Shown here in pieces: positions 37,255-49,924 of a stretch of DNA of 64,000 bases. Below the pieces are notes generated by a model. The model had not been told where the DNA came from, did not search any database, and saw nothing but the letters and a program-made list of their open reading frames with translations. A program made the position numbers and the translations under genes. Source of the stretch: Octopus sinensis (lineage: Eukaryota); contig NC_043006.1 of the NCBI RefSeq assembly GCF_006345805.1, forward strand, positions 83,762,001 through 83,826,000, read 5' to 3'. How positions within the stretch are numbered: position 1 is the first letter of the stretch; each line of letters opens with the position of its first letter.

Positions 37255-37675
37255 AAAGGCGTAGGAGTGGCTGTGTGGTAAGTAGCTTGCTTACAAACCA
37301 TATGGTTCCAGGTTCAGTCCCACTGCGTGACACCTTGGGCAAGTGTCTTCTACTAAAGCCTCGGGCCGACCAAAGCCTTGTGAGTGGATTTGGTAGACGG
37401 AAACTGAAAGAAGCCCGTGGTATATATGTATATATATATATATATATATATACACATGTCTGTATATGTCTGTGTTAGTCCCCCCAACATCGCTTGATAA
37501 CCGGTGCTGGTGTGTTTACGTCCCCGTAACTTAGCGGTTCGGCAAAAGAGACCGATAGAATAAGTACTAGGCTTACAAAGAATAAGTCCTGGGGTCGATT
37601 TGCTCGACTAAAGGCGGTGTTCCAGCATGGCCACAGTTAAATGACTGAAACAAATAAAAGAGTAAAGAGTAAAAA
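37255..37675 (+). mobile_element. Full-length tRNA-derived SINE with internal (TA)n
   Basis: Complete head, internal microsatellite, body and AAAGAGT tail repeats. Confidence 0.85.
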
Positions 37676-38262
37676 GTTTAAAGAATCAGTAGTTTAAGTT
37701 TCGAACGTTAGATTCTCTCTTTGAGATCGCTTTTCTCACTTTGAAGTCACAAGTACTCATTTAGAATTACAAGGACTTTCGTACATCATATTGTACATTT
37801 ATCTGCGATTCTCTCGTGAGAACCATCGATGTTTAGAGCAGTCCTGACAGTACTGACAAGTCGTATTGCCAAACATTAAAATCGAAGGTGTCTCTATGTG
37901 GTTGCTCGACCTGCTAGAGAGAGCAACAAAATCCGTTTCATATAGAACACAATCGTCTTATAAGAAAAACGAAGTTCGCAGTGAGGCCTATGCTTTCTGA
38001 GGAGGTTCTGTAAGGTTGAAACAGCTGGTGGTTCTCCCGCTTCTTTTGGAAGAATTAAAACAATATTAGTCATTAACTAATATTGTCTTTTCCACGCACC
38101 AAAGCATATCTTGCTAGCTATAGGTAAATACTAACGATACATTACTCACTCTCTCTCTCACTCACTCTCCCTCACTCTCTTTCTCATTCTCTCTCTCACT
38201 CTCTCTCCACACACACACATTATTATTATAATCGTCGTCGTTGTCCTTCTTCTTCTTCTTCT

Positions 38263-38289
<27 letters not shown>

Positions 38290-38294
<5 letters not shown>

Positions 38295-38660
38295 GCTAGT
38301 GCATTCTAATTTAGAAGGTATTTTATCTTAAGGCTCAGTGACAAGCCTCCTTGAATCTCAAGGATCTTTCTTAAGATTTTTTTGCAGAATATAGGATGGT
38401 ACTTTTCTGCAGGTCAACCATGCGAGTATCAATTCCAATTTCTTTCAGTCTTTTAGGCAGCATGTTGGGTGTTGTGCCAAATACAAGAATAAATGTTGTT
38501 TTGGTCTTCCACAGTCTCCTCGATTCTCTGGCTAGATCCAGATATTTCTCAGTTTTTTTTTTCAATTTCTTTGGTATCGACTCTGCTATTATAGGGAATT
38601 ACAAAATCTATTAACATTTCACTGTTTATTTCGTGTCCTATAATCCTATCTGGTCTTCTT
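38290..38660 (-). pseudogene. R4/Dong-type LINE 3' fragment (restriction-like endonuclease)
   Basis: RPDRII..KKTEKYLDLARESRRLWK..LKEIGID..LQKSTILYSA. Confidence 0.7.
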
Positions 38661-38704
38661 GCTTCATTGTTTTATGGGGAAGTCCCAGGAGTGGCCAGTA
38701 ATAC

Positions 38705-39560
38705 AGTTACAGGAAAAAAAGTCACAGAAAAATGTCACAGGAAAAAATGTCACAATTAATTTATGGTGGCTGGCAATAAAGTCACACGAAAAAGTCACAG
38801 GAGAAAAGTCACAGAAAAAAGTCACAAGAAAAAAAGTCACAGAAAAAAGTCACAGAAAAAAGTTACAGAAAAAAGTGACAGGAAAAAAGTCACAGAAAAA
38901 TGTCACAGGAAAAAAGTCACAACAAAAAAGTCACTGAAAAAAGTCACAAAAAAAGGTCACAGGAAAAAAGTCACAAGAAAAATGTCGTAGAAAAAAGTCA
39001 CAGGAAAAATGTCACAAGAAAAATGTCACAGAAAAAATCATAGGAAAAAAGTCACAAGTAAAAAGTCACAGAAAAAAGTCACAGGAAAAAAGTCACAGAA
39101 AAATGTCACAGGAAAAAAGTCACAAGAAAAAAGTCACAGAAAAAAGTCACAGGAAAAAAGTCACAGAAAAATGTCACAGAAAAAAGTCACAGAAAAAAGT
39201 CACAGGAAAAAGTCACAAGAAAAAAGTCACAGAAAAAAGTCACAGGAAAAAGTTACGAGAAAAAAGTCACAGAAAAAGTCACAAGAAAAAGTCACAGAAA
39301 AAGCCACATGAAAAAAGTCACAGAGAAAAGTCACAGAAAAAAGTCTCAGGAAAAAATTCACAAGAAAAAAGTCACTGAAAAAAGTCACAGAAAAAAGTCA
39401 CAGAAAAAAGTCACAGAAAAATGTCACAGAAAAAAGTCACAGGAAAAAAGTCACAGAAAAAAGTCACATAAAAAAGTCACACAAAAAGTCACAAGAAAAA
39501 ATTCACAGAAAAAGTCACAGGAAATGGTCACAGAATAAAGTCACAGAAAAAAGTTACAGG
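38705..39560. repeat. Tandem array of ~13-14-bp GAAAAAAGTCACA units (about 60), subterminal to a MULE element
   Basis: Directly visible; abuts the transposase remnant. Confidence 0.95.
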
Positions 39561-39564
39561 CTGA

Positions 39565-40285
39565 ATCAGTCGAAAGGAGCCACTAACATAAGTAAAATCG
39601 AAGTACATGGGCAACTCCTCGGCTTCAGGTCGATCCTGTGGAATGACAGTTTTGAAGTATCCCATACATTCATTACGTCTTCTAGGGGCAAAAAAGCTAG
39701 AGAATCAATCATGCCACAAAACAAACGAAACTCAGCATTGGTATTATACTGTGTTCCCAAACCCAGTTCCTGGATCTTACGTCAAATGGACTGCGTAAGA
39801 TGATAGGGAGAACCTTTGCTCTCTACATCGCGGCCAAACACTGCAAGAACAGTTCTCAGTACACCACCTTCAAAATCAGTAACCACGGTTTGCACATTAA
39901 TAGAATAGCTTAGGTCTTCACTTATCAACTATAGCCTGAAAGAGTTCTTCGAAGGTGGCACGAGTCTTGTTTGGAAGAAGAGCGTACACTGAAGTAACAG
40001 CTGTATCACCGAAAGGGATGCGGATGACATAGATCTGTTTGAAAATAATTGGAGCCATAGCAAGGTTGCCATCTATAGAGAGAGTATCAGCACCAGTAAA
40101 GAGTTTGAGGCCACCACTGGTACCAAATACTAGAATACGGTCGTGTGCATTTGGTCCGTTATTATAGAGTAAAGCCTCCTCCAGATTAGGGTCAACTGTC
40201 ATAGTATAGTTAGTAGGAAGTTTACCTAGATCTTTTAGCAAAGGAGTAGGTCGTTGGTTGCGCAGAGTTCGTAACTCATTAATTT
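39565..40285 (-). pseudogene. MULE (Mutator-like) DDE transposase fragment
   Basis: SIDGNLAMAPIIFKQIYVI, VYALLPNKTRATFEELF, VVTDFE, YHLTQS, LAFLPLEDV and YFDFTYV; broken frame. Confidence 0.8.
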
Positions 40286-40504
40286 ACCATAAGTACTGCA
40301 TATTCCTTTACAGAGACTGATTGATATGTTAACCTTAAAAAAGGTGAGAATTCGACAGTTAATCTTTCTGTTCTCATTTTCTATCACAGTCTCTGGTTCG
40401 TCTTCGTGTTCTGTTACTTTTGAAGTTTCATGCTAACATCCCAATGCACTCTTTTGCCTTTACAGTCATGTCTGCGTTTATACTCTTTTTGTGTACTCGC
40501 CGCC

Positions 40505-40577
<73 letters not shown>

Positions 40578-40584
40578 TAATAAT

Positions 40585-40840
40585 AAACAGAAACAATCCC
40601 TATCATAGTAGGTGCATTAGGCATGATAAAAAAATATTCAGACAAATACATAACAAAAACACCAGGACTTACAAACACATAACATACAGAAAATTGCACT
40701 ACTAGGCACTGCACACATCCTACGCGGAACACTTTCCATACAATAACCACCAGAGCATCACAACAAATCACAGCACATACCCAAGGCACACAGAGCTGCG
40801 CTCGGTAGCGAAGTGAAAGCACGCTATAAAAATAAAACTA

Positions 40841-40843
<3 letters not shown>
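40585..40843 (+). mobile_element. R4/Dong LINE family A, short 3' fragment in (TAA)n
   Basis: About 97% identical by manual comparison to 41933-42191; (AAT)n on both sides. Confidence 0.9.
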
Positions 40844-40879
<36 letters not shown>

Positions 40880-41264
40880 CTTTTCTACTCTAGGCACAAG
40901 GCCCCAAATTTGTGGGGAGGGGGCCAGTCGATTAAATCAATATCAGTACGCAACTGGTACTTAATTTATCGACCCCGAAAAGATGAAAGGTAAAGTCGGC
41001 CTCGGCGAAATTTGAACTCAGAACGTAGTGACGGGTGAAATACCTATTTCTTTACTACCCATAAGGGGCTAAACAGAGAGGGGACAAACAAGCACTGACA
41101 AATGGATTAAGTCGATTACATCGACCCCAGTGCGTAACTGGTACTTATTTAATCGACCCCGAAAGGATGAAAGGCAAAGTCGACCTCGGCGGAATTTGAA
41201 CTTAGAACGTAAAGACAGAAGAAATACCGCTAAGCATTTTGCCTGGCGTACTAACGATTCTGCC

Positions 41265-41306
<42 letters not shown>

Positions 41307-41309
41307 GTA

Positions 41310-41370
<61 letters not shown>

Positions 41371-41371
<1 letters not shown>

Positions 41372-42191
41372 GCAAAAGAAATAGACAAAGAAAAATCCCA
41401 GCAATGGTTGAGAAGCTCAGGACTCAAAGCAGAAACAGAGGGATTTTTAATTGCAGCACAAGACCAAAGCCTCCCCACCAGAAATTACCAAAAACATGTA
41501 ATGAAAAGAAATATTACAAGTAACTGCAGAATATGTGGAGATGGACAAGAAACAATAAATCATATTATCTCTAGCTGCTCAGTCCTGGCTAAGAAGGAAT
41601 ATATTCACAGACATGACAGAGTTGGAACCTACATACATTGGAAGCTATGCCAACATTATGGAATAACAACAGAAAAAAGATGGTATAGGCACACACCAGA
41701 AAAGGTCACAGAAAACGAGAAAGCAACCATACTCTGGGATTTGCCGATACACACAGATAGAGAAATTAAGGCCAACAGACCAGATATAGTTGTCAGAGAT
41801 CATGAAGAAAACAAATGCTTTCTAATTGATGTATCAATACCGGCTGATGACAACGTGTCTCTAAAAGAAATGGAGAAACTCTCAAAATACAAAGACCTGG
41901 AAATAGAGGTAACTAGAATGTGGAATCTGAAAACAGAAACAATTCCTATCATAGTAGGTGCATTAGGCATGATAAAAAAATATTCAGACAAATATATAAC
42001 AAAAACACCAGGACTTACAAACACATATAACATACAGAAAATTGCACTACTAGGCACTGCACACATCCTACGCAGAACACTTTCCATACAATAACCATCA
42101 GAGCATCACAACAAATCACAGCACATACCCAAGGCACACAGAGCTGCGCTCGGTAGTGAAGTGAAAGCACGCTATAAAAATAAAACTACTG
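41371..42191 (+). mobile_element. R4/Dong LINE family A, 5'-truncated copy in (TAA)n
   Basis: Flanked by (AAT)n tracts; contains ORF 41408-42094. Confidence 0.92.
41408..42094 (+). pseudogene. C-terminal CCHC knuckle plus PD-(D/E)xK restriction-like endonuclease of an R4/Dong LINE
   Basis: CRICGDGQETINHIISSC, RHD, RPDIV, LIDVSIP, EKLSKY; uninterrupted but 5'-truncated. Confidence 0.92.
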
Positions 42192-42284
42192 AATAATAAT
42201 AATAATAATAATTTCAAATTTTTGCCACAAGGGCCTTAACAGCAAGAAGAAGAAGAAGAAGAAGAAGAGTGTCTAATAATTTAC

Positions 42285-42601
42285 GTGGCAGTGCCAGGAG
42301 ATCACCACATCATCATGAATGAAAGAGAAAAGTTTGATAAATATGGAGACCTCAGAATTGAGATCGCTAAGATGTGGCAGCTACGAGAGTCAAACATAAA
42401 GGTTGTCATCGGAGCATTGGGTTCAATACTACCCAATCTGAAAAAAAATATCTGAAAACTTTAGGAATAGCCTACAATCTAGATGTATTGCAAAAGTCGG
42501 CATTACTTGGAACTGCACGCATATTGTCTATCTGAGGTTCTTTTTGTAGACAATATTTGCAACCAACGACCTCGTGATGTTGTATATTGTGCGACGTCTA
42601 C

Positions 42602-42602
<1 letters not shown>
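42285..42602 (+). mobile_element. R4/Dong LINE family B 3' fragment
   Basis: AVPGDHHI..EKFDKYGDLRIEIAKMW..LQKSALLGTA; a different 3' UTR ending in (AAT)n. Confidence 0.75.
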
Positions 42603-42674
<72 letters not shown>

Positions 42675-42799
42675 GCCCTGATGCAGTACCAGGCAGTGGT
42701 TTTCATGGCTTCTCATCTTAACTGATTGGAAGTGTTATCATGTACTTTGTTTTGTCTTGGTATAAAAATGGCCTACTGCAAATATTCTGATCAATTTTC

Positions 42800-43390
42800 C
42801 AGTGCTTGAAAATTACCACATCTCACTCCTCTGGAACTTTACCATTCAAACTGACAGAAAGATAGATGCAAATAGGCCAGACATCATATTGAAAGACTTC
42901 AGACAAAGAACATGCCTCCTCATTGATATGACTGTCCCAATCGATATAAACGTATCTGTCAAGATCTACCAAAAACTGAGCAAATATAAAGATCTTGAAA
43001 TAGAAATCAGCAAAATGTGGAACCTGAAGACTAAAATAATACCTGTTGTCATAGGTGCCCTGGGAATGATAGCAAAAGGGGGTGATTGCTACCTAACTCA
43101 GAGACCAGGAAACCCAAAAATGGCAGAAATTCAAAAGATAGTGCTCATGGGAACTGCTCATATCCTACGCAAAATACTTTCTATATAATCTCAAGTTTTA
43201 AAACAAACATAATTTTCGTATGGTTTTTTAGACATTCACTAGTACAACACTAAGTATAAAACCAAATATATGGCACACTAGGCATAACACCAACATGAAC
43301 TCCCAACTTTTTGTCTCTTGAGGTCTTTGGGTGAGACTTGGAGCCAACTTGTACAAATGTAAAGCAAAAGTCAAACATAGAATAATAACA
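42800..43390 (+). mobile_element. R4/Dong LINE family C 3' fragment
   Basis: ORF 42802-43188 LWNFTIQTDRKIDANRPDII..KLSKYKDLEIEISKMW; distinct 3' UTR. Confidence 0.85.
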
Positions 43391-44182
43391 ATAGTTTTGA
43401 CAAGCGGCCAGCAATTTCGCGAGGAGGTGGGGTTAATTTGACCACATTGACTCCGAAAGGATGAAAATTAAATTTGACCTCGGCGGAATTTGAACTCAAA
43501 ACGTAAATCTAGAAGAAATGCCGCTAAGCATTTTATCCGGCTCGGTAATGAATCTGCCGATCCGCTGCCCTTGTTACGCAGGCAACATATCTGAAACTAG
43601 AGAAACAAAACGCCAAAAGCAATTTTTAAAACAATGTGTCTGCATGTGTCGAAGGCAAAAACAAACTCTGATTACGAAAAAACTTCTCATAAAAAAAGAA
43701 AAGAAAAGGAAAGTAAAGAAAAACCGAAAGGAAAAATAAAGAACCAAAACACAAAAATCTTCAAACTTAATAATAAAATCAATTTTAACCCAGAGCTACA
43801 TCAATAGAAACTTGATCAAAATAAATATATTGCATATCAATGGAAAGTTACGCATGAATATGTATCCAATACGCTTGAGAATTATGCTAACATCGAATCT
43901 AATTAGACCTTAAGAACCGGCGTGCACGTCATGTAAGCAGTTGTTTTTTCTGTTTTTTCTTCTATATATTTTATTTCTGATTGTCGGCTTTCATTCTATA
44001 AGCTTTCCATAACGAATGCTTTAGTTCCTTGAAGTAGTTCAACCAACATAGATTCCTTAAAATACTTCTTTTTTTATTTATTATTTCGCCTTTAAATTTC
44101 CGGTTTGATAATGAATCTGTTAATAATAAGGATGCTAACATGTCGATACGTGGTTTCGAGCGCCATCTTGGTTAAGTGTCTT

Positions 44183-45661
44183 TTACTGTACGGGCATTAC
44201 GAACAAGGCATCGTGAGTGAATTCGGTTGAGGAAAACTGCATGGAAGCTCGTCGTATGTGTGTGTGTGTGTGTGTGTGTGATTGGTGGTGTTTGTGTAAT
44301 CTGTGTTGTGCATTGTGTTGGTGTTTGAGATGGTAGTGTTGGTGGAGGTGTTGTCGTTGTTGGTTGTTGTTGTGTATGTGTGTGTGTGTGTTGCTGTTGG
44401 GAAGTGCCTCTTGTTTGCGGTCCCCTTTTTTGTCCATTTCTTTTTTTTTGGGGGGGGGGGTTGTTTGGGGAGTTGTTTTGGTTGGGAAGGAGTATTTTCT
44501 CTGGGGCTTGGTTTTGTTGGGGTTCCTCTGTTGCTGCTGAAGTAACTGTTGGGGGGGATTACTGCTACTGTTACTCCGGCTGGTAGTAGTGGTACTCCGG
44601 CTGGTGTCGTTGTTGATGTTGGTGGTGCCCTGGCGACGGCTGGGAGCGTCGTTGCTGTTGTTGCTGCTGCTCGTGATGGTGTTGGTGTTTGGGTTGGTTT
44701 CTGTTGTTGCTACTGTAGTGGAGGTGCCCCCGGTTCTGGTGTCAGCAGAAGGGCCGGTCGCCTCTCCTTCTGAAGTGGCCTTGGTCACCACAAAAATAGC
44801 ATCTCGACCCCCTGCCCTCCACAGCCACGTGTAGTCTGGTGCCGTCAGGCAGGTTTATCGAGTCAGGCACTGAATTTAAGGCCTCGTGTTCAATTTGAAC
44901 AAGGAGCTCCAACCCCTGACCCATCCAATTTTGTTAGTGCAATTTATGAACCTCCAGTATTGTGACGCTGTCCTCGATGTCTAAATGGACAGCCGCCACC
45001 AGCCAGCATATATTTATTTCAGGGGGCATCTCCCCAATTTTAATTTTTGTGACGTGCCGGCCAAAATATGTCGGCACGAGCAGGAATTTCTCAGTCTTTA
45101 GTAGCACTGAGGAATGTTGTCTTGCTTCTTCTTCCGTTGCGAAGCGCACTTCCACAGTGCCGAAGCGTTTTCCTCTTGTCACATACGTTTTCTTGGTCCA
45201 TATTGGCTTTGACACAATTTCTAACTGCTGCTGAGTAGCTCGTTCTACTTTTTTTTAATATTCAATGTCCTGTATATCACCGTTTTTTTTTTGTTTTTGG
45301 TCTATGTTATCGGTTCTTGTGGAGTGTTAAGGAAGACATTATTCTTTTCCGTCCCTAACAACCCCTTTACATTTTTTAAGTCATCAATTGTTAAATTAAT
45401 TAATTGTCTGGTTTGTTTTGCCGCCGAGGCGAAACCGTTGCCGCTTAGTTTGTTGCTGTTGTTCGTGTTTGTTGTTGTTGTTGTTGTGATGGTGGTGGTA
45501 GTAGTAGTAGTAGTGTCAGTGTCATTTTTCTCTTGGCTTCTTCTTTTCTCTCTTTCTCCCTCTCCCGTTCAGGAAAAGTAGAGATGGTGAGGGCGGGGAA
45601 GTCCTCGTCGAAATGGCTGTTTAAATAAACTTCCGCTCATACATCCTCGCTCAGTAGCCAT
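44183..45661 (-). pseudogene. L1/Tx1-like LINE ORF1 remnant (RRM-like region, truncated zinc knuckle, T/N/S/Q-rich linkers)
   Basis: FGTVEVRFATEEEA..LPDGTRLHVAVEGRGSRCYFCGDQGH; in-frame stops and a frameshift at the knuckle. 5' UTR extends to ~45775. Confidence 0.65.
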
Positions 45662-46052
45662 TGCTTTTATTTTCGAAAATTTTCGAAAACAGTGAGTATT
45701 TAGCCCCAAAAGGGAGCTTTTTTTAAAAACAAAAACTAGCTCCCCACGAGGGCAGCTACCTTGCAACAACAATTAGAGTAACAAAAACAGGAATTCAACA
45801 AATTTTCGACAAAAATATACAACTTTTAACGGAGCTTAAAAAACACGTCTTACCTCCTTACAACGATAATAATATTATCGTCTTAATAATATCGTCTCAC
45901 AACGATAATAATATTATAATAATAGCCCTTCTTTAGTTTTTTACAGGTGCACGCTCAGAATTGGTCCTTTCACACTGGTCATTCTTCCAACATTCACCTA
46001 TCTTTCAACAAACTTGCTACAATTCTATATTTAAAAGATGAGGAATTATGTA

Positions 46053-46438
46053 CCTGTGCGAAAAGTCTGGCTGCATCCGAAAAAAATATTTATTAAGAAA
46101 CAAAGATAAACACAAAATTTATTACACGAATCTGTTACCACCACGACAGTCAACTATTTGACGCCGAACACGAGTTTGACGTTGAATACATCCACGAATT
46201 TTCTGCTCAGATAGCTCTTCCCAAGACTGCTGGTGGCGTAGAAGTATTGCCAGTCTATCTCTCACTAATTTGTTCACCTCGCCTGCGAGCCATCTAAAGT
46301 TAATAATGATTCTGCTAATTTCACATGTAAACATGTGTTGAATAGAACTCATTAAATAAATCTTAATTAACTGTGTTGTCAATTGTATGCACCTGACATA
46401 TGCTAACGTGTATGTAGCCAGACTTTTCACACAGAGGA
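46053..46438 (-). mobile_element. Internally deleted Tc1/mariner element
   Basis: TIR CTGTGYGAAAAGTCTGGCTRCAT at both ends; residual C-terminus WEELSEQKIRGCI..RRQIVDCRGG. Confidence 0.65.
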
Positions 46439-46499
46439 TACATTATTTATATTATTTACATTTGACGGATGAGTACAAATATCCGTCAAATGTAAATAA

Positions 46500-46790
46500 T
46501 GTAAACTTGCTACAAGGCAACACTCCCCTCTCCATCCTCAGCTTCCTTTTCAAGTGAAACTTGAAAAAGTTGGTGAGGGCTTGGCCAAAGAGAAAAGTGT
46601 CTGTCTTTAGCACTTTCAAACGGGTCGCCCATATACTACCTCTTTCGCTACAGCCACTAGACAAATAAAAATTGCCTGCGCCTCCCGGCCAAAAGAGAGC
46701 GGCAGGGTAATCTTCACAATGGATTCGGCTGATAGCCGGATTCCCACACGCGACAGCAGGTGTTTGACATAAATTAACCAAGTAATTCCT
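46500..46790 (-). pseudogene. L1/Tx1-like LINE ORF2 C-terminal fragment
   Basis: FICLVAVAKEVV and TRLKVLKTDTFLFGQALTNFFKFHLKRK; frameshifted. Confidence 0.55.
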
Positions 46791-46799
46791 TTTCTTTCC

Positions 46800-47130
46800 A
46801 TTTGTTTGTTCTGTTGTTCTTCCTTCTTTTCTCTTTCAATCCTTCTACTGTTTCAGTCATTCTGCCTTTCTTGACTCTGCACGACATAGTTTTTCAGACC
46901 CAGTATCTCAGTATTAACTGTCTTCTGCATTTAGTAATGCTCTCCTACCTTCCTTTCTTTGTAGATAGAGTCGATCGGTATTTTAGGGTGGATTGCATTG
47001 TGAACAGCTTTCTAATTCTAGCCAAGTTCTGTAGCTCGCCCTTTGTCCATTTCAGAAACTGGGTAGAATTTAGTCAAATCGTCAGACAAAAATACCTTGT
47101 GTTGCTTCTTCTTGTACTTCATATTCCGTG
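46800..47130 (-). pseudogene. R4-type RT C-terminal fragment
   Basis: DRLYLQRKEGRRALLNAED motif. Confidence 0.6.
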
Positions 47131-47699
47131 TTCAACTTTGCTTTTCGTCCTTTCGGGGTCGATAAATCAAAGTACCAGTAAAGCACTGGGCTTGATGGAA
47201 TCAACTAGTCCCCTCCTCTCAAAACTGTTGACCTCGTATCAAAATTAGAAACCTTTGCTGGAAAAGATGAAAGAAAACGTTGACTTCGGAAGTATTTGAA
47301 GGTTTGAGACGAGGAATTCTTTCCAGCGCACTTTCGACTCATTCAATTTGCCACATTACAAGACCGTGATTTGGAAGAATCTTCAGAGCATTCGATACAA
47401 TTAAATGTCTTGCAGCATTCGTTCCAATTCTTTACATTATGAATATCAAGGCGTATTGAGAAGAACTTGTTTCTATGGAGCTGACGCGATGGTGCTGTTT
47501 AAATCTATATAGAGAGAGCTGAAGTTGACTGTGTGCGGCAGGTTTGGTAGCCTTCAACTAACACTATCTCCTCCGAGACACTGCGGCGCAAGTTGACCAA
47601 AATTGAGAGTATGATAGAAAGAAGGCTTGCTCTTCCATCCGTAAAAGAAAAAATTCAAATCGGACCATGTAAACACCAAAAACTATTTACATAAAAAGG

Positions 47700-47894
47700 T
47701 GCTTTTTTTCTATGAAAATCCCTATTTTTTAAATGATTTTTTGACTACTGTGTCGCTATTTTTCGGTGTATTTCAACCAGAAAAATGTTCACTTAAAGAA
47801 AATAACAAGCTACATAATGCAAACTTTTTACTTTTCAAAAATTCCAATTCTAAAGGGTCGAAACAAACCCGAGCAACGCTGGGCAATACTGCTA
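47700..47894 (+). mobile_element. Helitron-like 3' end
   Basis: CCCGAGCAACGCTGGGCAATACTGCTAG|T, same end type as 24794. Confidence 0.6.
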
Positions 47895-48263
47895 GTAAAT
47901 TATAAAACAGTCGAAGGACAGTATTAGGAAACTCCTTCTGTATTCTTCAACAGGAGCTCCTTGACAATGTATGTTGTGATTATAAAGGAATTCTTGCGAT
48001 AGCTGTTCCGGTTCTTCATGTTCTGAATACCCAGGCGAATGTAGTGAACTTGTTAGTATCTAACTGATACCATGATATCATTTTAAAAAAATGATAAAAC
48101 ATCTGAAAGAAGGCAGCAGGAGACCAACTTCGTTTTCTTTCATGAAACTTCATGACAAGGTAAATTATGCTTATCAAGGAAGTTACCAGGGGTCGTTCGT
48201 TGATCCGATAGCGCAAGAAATAAAATACATAGAATTTTATTGTCATGGTTTTAGAGACATAAC

Positions 48264-48299
<36 letters not shown>

Positions 48300-48372
48300 A
48301 TATGAGTCTTGATAATAAAACTCGAAGGAAAAGCATTCCGTTGAAAATATTTAGATCATGTATGGCTAGATA

Positions 48373-48670
48373 GTGGAGGCGCAATGGCCCAGTGGTTAGG
48401 GCAGCGGACTCGCGGTCGTAGGATCGTGGTTTCCATTCCCAGACCGGGCGTTGTGTGTGTTTATTGAGTGAAAACACCTAAAGCTCCACGAGGCTTCGGC
48501 AGGGGTTGGTGGCAACCCCTGTTGTACTCTTTCGCCCCAGCTTTCTCTCTCCTTGTTTCTTTAGTAACGCTGCGATGGACTGGTGTCCCGTCCAGCTGGA
48601 GAGAACACATACGCCACAGAAACCGGGAAAACGGACCCATGCGCCTGGTTAGGCTTGAAAAGAGCGCATA
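48373..48670 (+). mobile_element. tRNA-derived SINE (resembles octopus OR-type)
   Basis: GGCGCAATGGCCCAGTGGTTAGGGCAGCGG head; sister copies at 55015-55316 (-), 60085-60394 (-) and a fragment near 21915-22100. Confidence 0.8.
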
Positions 48671-49924
48671 AAAAAATAATGGATAGATAATCCACTCGTC
48701 ATGTTCTTTCTGTTTTTTTACCTTTTCTTTTCTTTTTTTTTTTTTGTCTTGCCCTTTTCCAGTTTCGGAATTTCTGCGAAAAGGTCATTGGTATCGCCAT
48801 TCCTCTACTAGCGAAGCTATAAAAAAAAAAGAAGGAAAAAAAAGCGAGAACGGAGAAACAGGAAACCGATATGATATACATAAAATATAAAAAAAAAAGA
48901 AAATTAGAGTTTATGTTAGAAACGAAATCGATGTCATCCAGTGTAACGTTATAGCAGGGGCTTGCTTCCTTAAATGACCGATATGTCATACAGAGAGTGA
49001 GAAAGTTCTACATTTACCGTCTATTCAAATTACGTAGGCAAAATATATACAAGATAAAACAGAACTGAACTTTGGTGTATGTCCTAATTATGTTAGAGAT
49101 CTGTACTTCATACTCTGTAACAGATATAACTTTCAACACCAAAGCGAACTAATATAGACCTCTAACTTTTTGACCTTTACAGTGTAGTATACTCGACGCA
49201 TGAAATTAGTTCAAGGTAATAGGAACTGTAGGTTGAGTAAAGGAATTTGTTGAAATGTGGCAATTTAGTGTTTGGTCCTGAATATTGAGCAATGGTTATG
49301 CAACAAGTCTTCACTCTTTCATTTCTGTTGGGTGTGAAATGTTTTGGCACGGGCGTTTTCGCGTTGTCTATTTGGTGTGTTGTTAATTCGACGCTGGCTT
49401 ATTTTACATCAGATGTTTTAATGTTTCTCTTTCCCTCTCTCGCCGCTCTCTCCTCTCCCTCTCCACTCCACTTCTCTCCTCTCTCTCTTTTCTCTTTCCT
49501 CTCCTCTTCTCTCTCTCTCCCTCTCTCACTCTGTTTATGTGTATAAGTGTATTTCTCTTTAGCTGTTTGAAGAGAGGGAAAGTGATTGTCTCGCACTCAT
49601 ACTTATTTCTTTACTGCACACAAGGGGCTAAACACAGAGGGGACAAACAAGGACAGACAAACGGATTAAGTCGATTACGTCGACCTCAGTGCGTAACTGG
49701 TACTTATTTAATCGACCCCGAAGGGATGAAAGGCAAAGTCGACCGCGGCGGAATTTGAACTCAGAACGTAGCGGCAGACGAAATACCGCTAAGCATTTCG
49801 CCCGGCGTGCAAACGATTCTGTCAGCTCAGTAATAACTGTTTCCAATTTTTATACAAGCCTAGCAATTTTAAGGGGAATGGGTTAGTCGATTGCCTCGAC
49901 CCCAGTTCTTCACTGGTGCCATAT

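Noticed and set aside
38659-39538. Lys/Ser/Gln-rich ORFs resembling histone-like or protamine-like proteins
   Set aside because: They are an artefact of the 13-14-bp array; several frames are open with constant slippage and there is no gene context.
38705-39560. CRISPR-like array
   Set aside because: There are no unique spacers and no cas genes, and the context is eukaryotic TE sequence.
40414-41478. Poly-Ile/Asn/Tyr/Leu ORFs
   Set aside because: They are translations of (AAT)n tracts.
44159-44171. YY1-like motif GCGCCATCTTGG as a host promoter
   Set aside because: It is a single short motif at the edge of a LINE remnant with no other promoter support.
48373-48445. tRNA gene
   Set aside because: The tRNA-like head continues into a SINE body found in several copies, and no complete cloverleaf is evident.
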